From Paragordius varius (Eukaryota; Animalia; Nematomorpha): 64,000 nt of DNA. The position numbers were made by a program, and so were the translations under genes. A model generated the notes under the pieces. That model saw only the letters and a program-made list of their open reading frames with translations, had not been told where the DNA came from and ran no database searches. Below are positions 61,001-64,000 of the stretch, piece by piece. Numbering within the stretch: the stretch's first letter is position 1; every line of letters starts with the position of its first letter. The DNA lies in the NCBI GenBank assembly GCA_964247055.1, contig OZ176052.1:3596001-3660000 (forward strand), read 5' to 3'.

Positions 61001-63556
61001 GCAATCTTCTGTAGTTGTGGTTGTACTACTATATGATGGATTTTGTATGCCAGAACCGATATTTGTTCTTTCGAACCTAGGGGTACGTCCTGTGCTTTGC
61101 AAAAGCGTTCTTTGACTGCCTCCTCCTCTATAAAAAAAAAAATTATAATCCTATCCTATAATGGTATTGACTTCATGTATGCCCCACCTTAGATATAAAT
61201 GTTTATATTGATAGAATTTAACAGCCAAAAGTAAGTAAAAACTTAAGGACAAATTTCAAAAGACAACCATACATGTTTAAACCTTGTGGTATTTACTACA
61301 TAAGCGATTAAATCTATTGTAAAATGTATTGAATGTGTTATCGATTCACACCTCTAGTCGTTATGTGACTATGGGTGTTAGCTAACAAAATCGAGGATAA
61401 GAAATACTTTCTTAATCAAATTATTTAACAACTAATAGATGTAATATATATATATATATATAATTTAGGATGCTATGAATTTAATTAAAAATAGAATGAA
61501 ATTTATTAAGACATTTCGAGATAATTCGTTGATTCTTCCATGGATGCGAATAAAAAAATTATGTTTATTTTTTATCACATTCATAATTAATACAAATATA
61601 TACAGTTTAAAGTATCCTTGTTACTTTTAATATTAAAGGGTTAACGACTTAAATTGTAAGGATTTGTGAAAACTTTAACGTTCGCCTGCCCAAGAGCTAA
61701 TTTACAGTTATGATAAAAAATTTACAATTTAAAAATCCGTCGCCCTATTTACTATACCATAACGCCTTCATTCATAACCAATATACCTATTTACTATTAT
61801 ATATAATCAATCTTCTTGTGCTCATTCTATCCGTGTTTATTTTTATACATATCAGACAATTTATAAGAGTTATATTCATTACCTGATAAGACTAATGTTT
61901 ATCTATTTGTACAATCATTTTGTCCATTTAATTTCAATTTTTGTTGTGTAAGTATACATATCTGACTGTTTGAAATTTATATTAATTAAATATATTCAAA
62001 TCCGTAGACTTGGCTACTACGGTCACATTCAAAGATTAGATAATGATAATTGGATTAAAAATATAACAATCCTTAAGCCAAACGAACAAAACACAGTTGG
62101 TCGTCCAGCAATAACATGGGACAAAAACATTACCCAATACCTACAGGCCAAAAACATAAAAGCCGGAGACTGGTTAAACAAAAAATCCTTCAATGCAATA
62201 ATCAAACACCTAAACCCGTCACGACGGGATGCCAAGGGACCCCTTGACAACAGCTATCTATCTATCTATCTATCTATTCATATAAAATTTAAGTATATGT
62301 CTGATTGTTTATTAATTATATTTATTACCTCATAAGATTACTACTAGACATGGTATTGCTGGTTTGATTTGCTCTCAACAACTCAAGTTGATCATTTGAT
62401 TCCTCCTCCTCTTCTTCTCCCACTGTATCGTCTGCGTCATCATCATCTTCATCTTCCTCTTGTTCTTCCGGGCTTTCAAACGTTTCCGTTGCCATGACAA
62501 CGGACGGTTGGCCATGGCGACGACCCACAGATACAGCTGTTGTTTGTTGTTGGGGAGTTGGATTGAGCGCTAACAAAGGTGAGGGTCGAAATAGGGCGGA
62601 AACCTTGAGCCATTAAAAAATATAATTTTTACATGTAAAGACTTTTCCCAATAAAAGTCGAAAGCTACTAATATCTAATTTTATGAAACAAGCTTTATTT
62701 TATGTTTTACATATTATTATATTGTTTAATAATGCAAAATTCTGACAAAATTTTAATTTTGATGCAAAACATTTTATTAAAATTCTAAGAATTGGAAACT
62801 AAATGGAGCTATAGCTAAAAGTAAACGATATCATAAACTCACGTATTTTCGCACTTGTGAAGCGACACAAACATAGTTTAAATAACACATATCGTCACAA
62901 TTCGTTATTGGTGTCTTTTTTTAATTTGTTATGTTTGATAAATTTTAATCAGCAAATTTACATTTAAAAATTTAATTATTGTTAATAATATTGAAATGTA
63001 CTCATTAAATAATCAAAGAATTAAGTTGTACCAATGAGTGCCTATTTATCATTTAAAATTCATTTTAAAAATTATTTATACAGCTAATTTTTCAACATAT
63101 GCAAACTTAATATTGAATAAAGAATTAAGGTTTTTTAATTAAAAATTTATATATAAAACTAATCGCAAATTTAAATAAATCAGTGTTTAAATATTGAAAA
63201 TATAAAGCCAAAACACAAAAACTAAAAGACAAATACGTTTTATAAGATTCAAATTTTTCACTTGATTATATATATATATATATATATATCCATATATCTC
63301 ATAATCGTAATCATACAGGTTATAAAGAAAAAATCAATGGTTTAAGAGAGTATCTTTAAAAAAAATTTGTCTTTTAGTTTCTATTTGTTGTCTCAAATAA
63401 ATTGTAGTACCTGAGCTCCAACTAACAATCGATTATTGCCACGAATACCAAAACCGGGGGGCAAGTTAGCCCCAATCAAGGCATAGGGGTGCAATTCGTG
63501 ATGATGGGCAGAAAATGAGGCAGATCGTGATGCAACATTTACATTTGATGGATTAC
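47943..63556 (-). CDS. 5'-partial gene for a long low-complexity (S/N/T/H-rich) protein, 13 exons and about 930 aa in the window, function unknown
   Basis: Exons (-): 63556-63411, 62603-62342, 59603-59328, 58270-58130, 54866-54572, 53688-53555, 52824-52625, 51502-51436, 51131-50942, 50275-50000, 49686-49472, 48636-48499, 48394-47943. All junctions are GT-AG and chain in phase without stops. No conserved domain was recognised; the first exon seen has a phase-1 acceptor, so the gene continues past 64000. Confidence 0.75.
50352..50586. mobile_element. MITE family A copy (reverse orientation, internally deleted)
   Basis: Both TIRs are present and the core is inverted. Confidence 0.75.
52390..52580. 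repeat. Dispersed repeat with a second copy at about 57540-57730
   Basis: Shared ACTCAYCTGCWAAAGAAATTCTYGATTTACAKATCCCTGCC...CCGAAAAGGGA and ACGCAACAAAAGAGAGATATA blocks. Confidence 0.7.
52852..53029. mobile_element. Tc1/mariner-like MITE family B
   Basis: TA|CAGTAGCGTATGGAGTAAAACAATATTAGTCCATAGAA ... TTCTATGGACTAATATTGTTTTACTCCATACGCTACTG|TA is a near-perfect long TIR. Confidence 0.9.
53960..54506 (+). mobile_element. piggyBac-like family C copy
   Basis: TTAA flanks and the shared core (GTCAACATGACATGTGTG, AAATGGCGTCAAAGTAGTTTGATATG). Confidence 0.75.
58329..58630. mobile_element. MITE family A copy (reverse orientation)
   Basis: AAATTCACCC units and an inverted core; ends degraded. Confidence 0.7.
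59621..59976. mobile_element. MITE family A copy
   Basis: 21-bp units at both ends and the shared core. Confidence 0.75.
61990..62275 (+). mobile_element. 5'-truncated RTE-like LINE 3' end with a (CTAT)n tail
   Basis: RRLGYYGHIQR...GRPAITWDKNI is followed by the stop and a TATC microsatellite tail at about 62255-62275. Confidence 0.75.
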
Positions 63557-63593
63557 CTATAGTTGTTTTTTCGATAAGTTTGATAAGGGATAT

Positions 63594-63880
63594 TTACCAT
63601 TTACAATTCAAATTCACCCCAAAAATAAATTATGTGTTTTCGCACTAATATAACTCATTATTAATATGAAATATAGCTTTATGGCATATTTTATTATTTT
63701 TTCAGTATTATTTTAATTGACACAAAATTTTTATTTTTTAAAATTATATTAAAATATAGGTATTTTTTAATAAAATCATAATTTGAAATGAGGGTGAATC
63801 GAATTGTTCGAGGGTGAATTTGAATTGTTCAAGGGTGAATTTGAATTGTATAAGGGTAAATTTGAATTGTAAATGGTATA
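63594..63880. mobile_element. MITE family A copy
   Basis: TACCATTTAC start, GTAAATGGTATA end and the shared core. Confidence 0.8.
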
Positions 63881-64000
63881 ATAAAAATGTGGAAAAATTA
63901 GAAAAATTCACATTTTAAACACCTATAGTTGTTAGTTTGAATAGTAATTAAAAATGTCCATAGATTGTATTTAGGACACAAATTAAATATGATTTAAGTT

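Overview
Very AT-rich eukaryotic DNA with spliceosomal introns, from an animal (probably an invertebrate; the lineage cannot be fixed from sequence alone). I reconstructed four multi-exon genes by hand from splice sites and protein homology. These are CaMKII (+, 3432-27347, 17 exons, 488 aa), TAF1B/Rrn7 (-, 33637-29654, 7 exons, about 1077 aa), SPTLC2 (+, 39406-45315, 12 exons, 529 aa), and the 3' part of a long low-complexity gene (-, >63556-47943). COX19 is present as two separated halves (35901-35833 and 33812-33645). The introns and intergenic DNA carry several MITE families, three RTE-like LINE relics and (TA)n microsatellites. I found no rRNA, tRNA or CRISPR array. Most notable observations: (1) two GT-AG introns of exactly 23 nt, one at an ancestral intron position in SPTLC2 and required for the frame, in a genome that also has kilobase introns. 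(2) The COX19 stop codon lies 7 nt upstream of the TAF1B ATG, and COX19 is split by 2 kb containing two GC-rich structured islands. (3) Two candidate alternative first exons could make kinase-less CaMKII hub isoforms. (4) All seven intronic copies of one MITE family sit 16-75 nt upstream of a 3' splice site. All gene models are manual and untested against RNA data.
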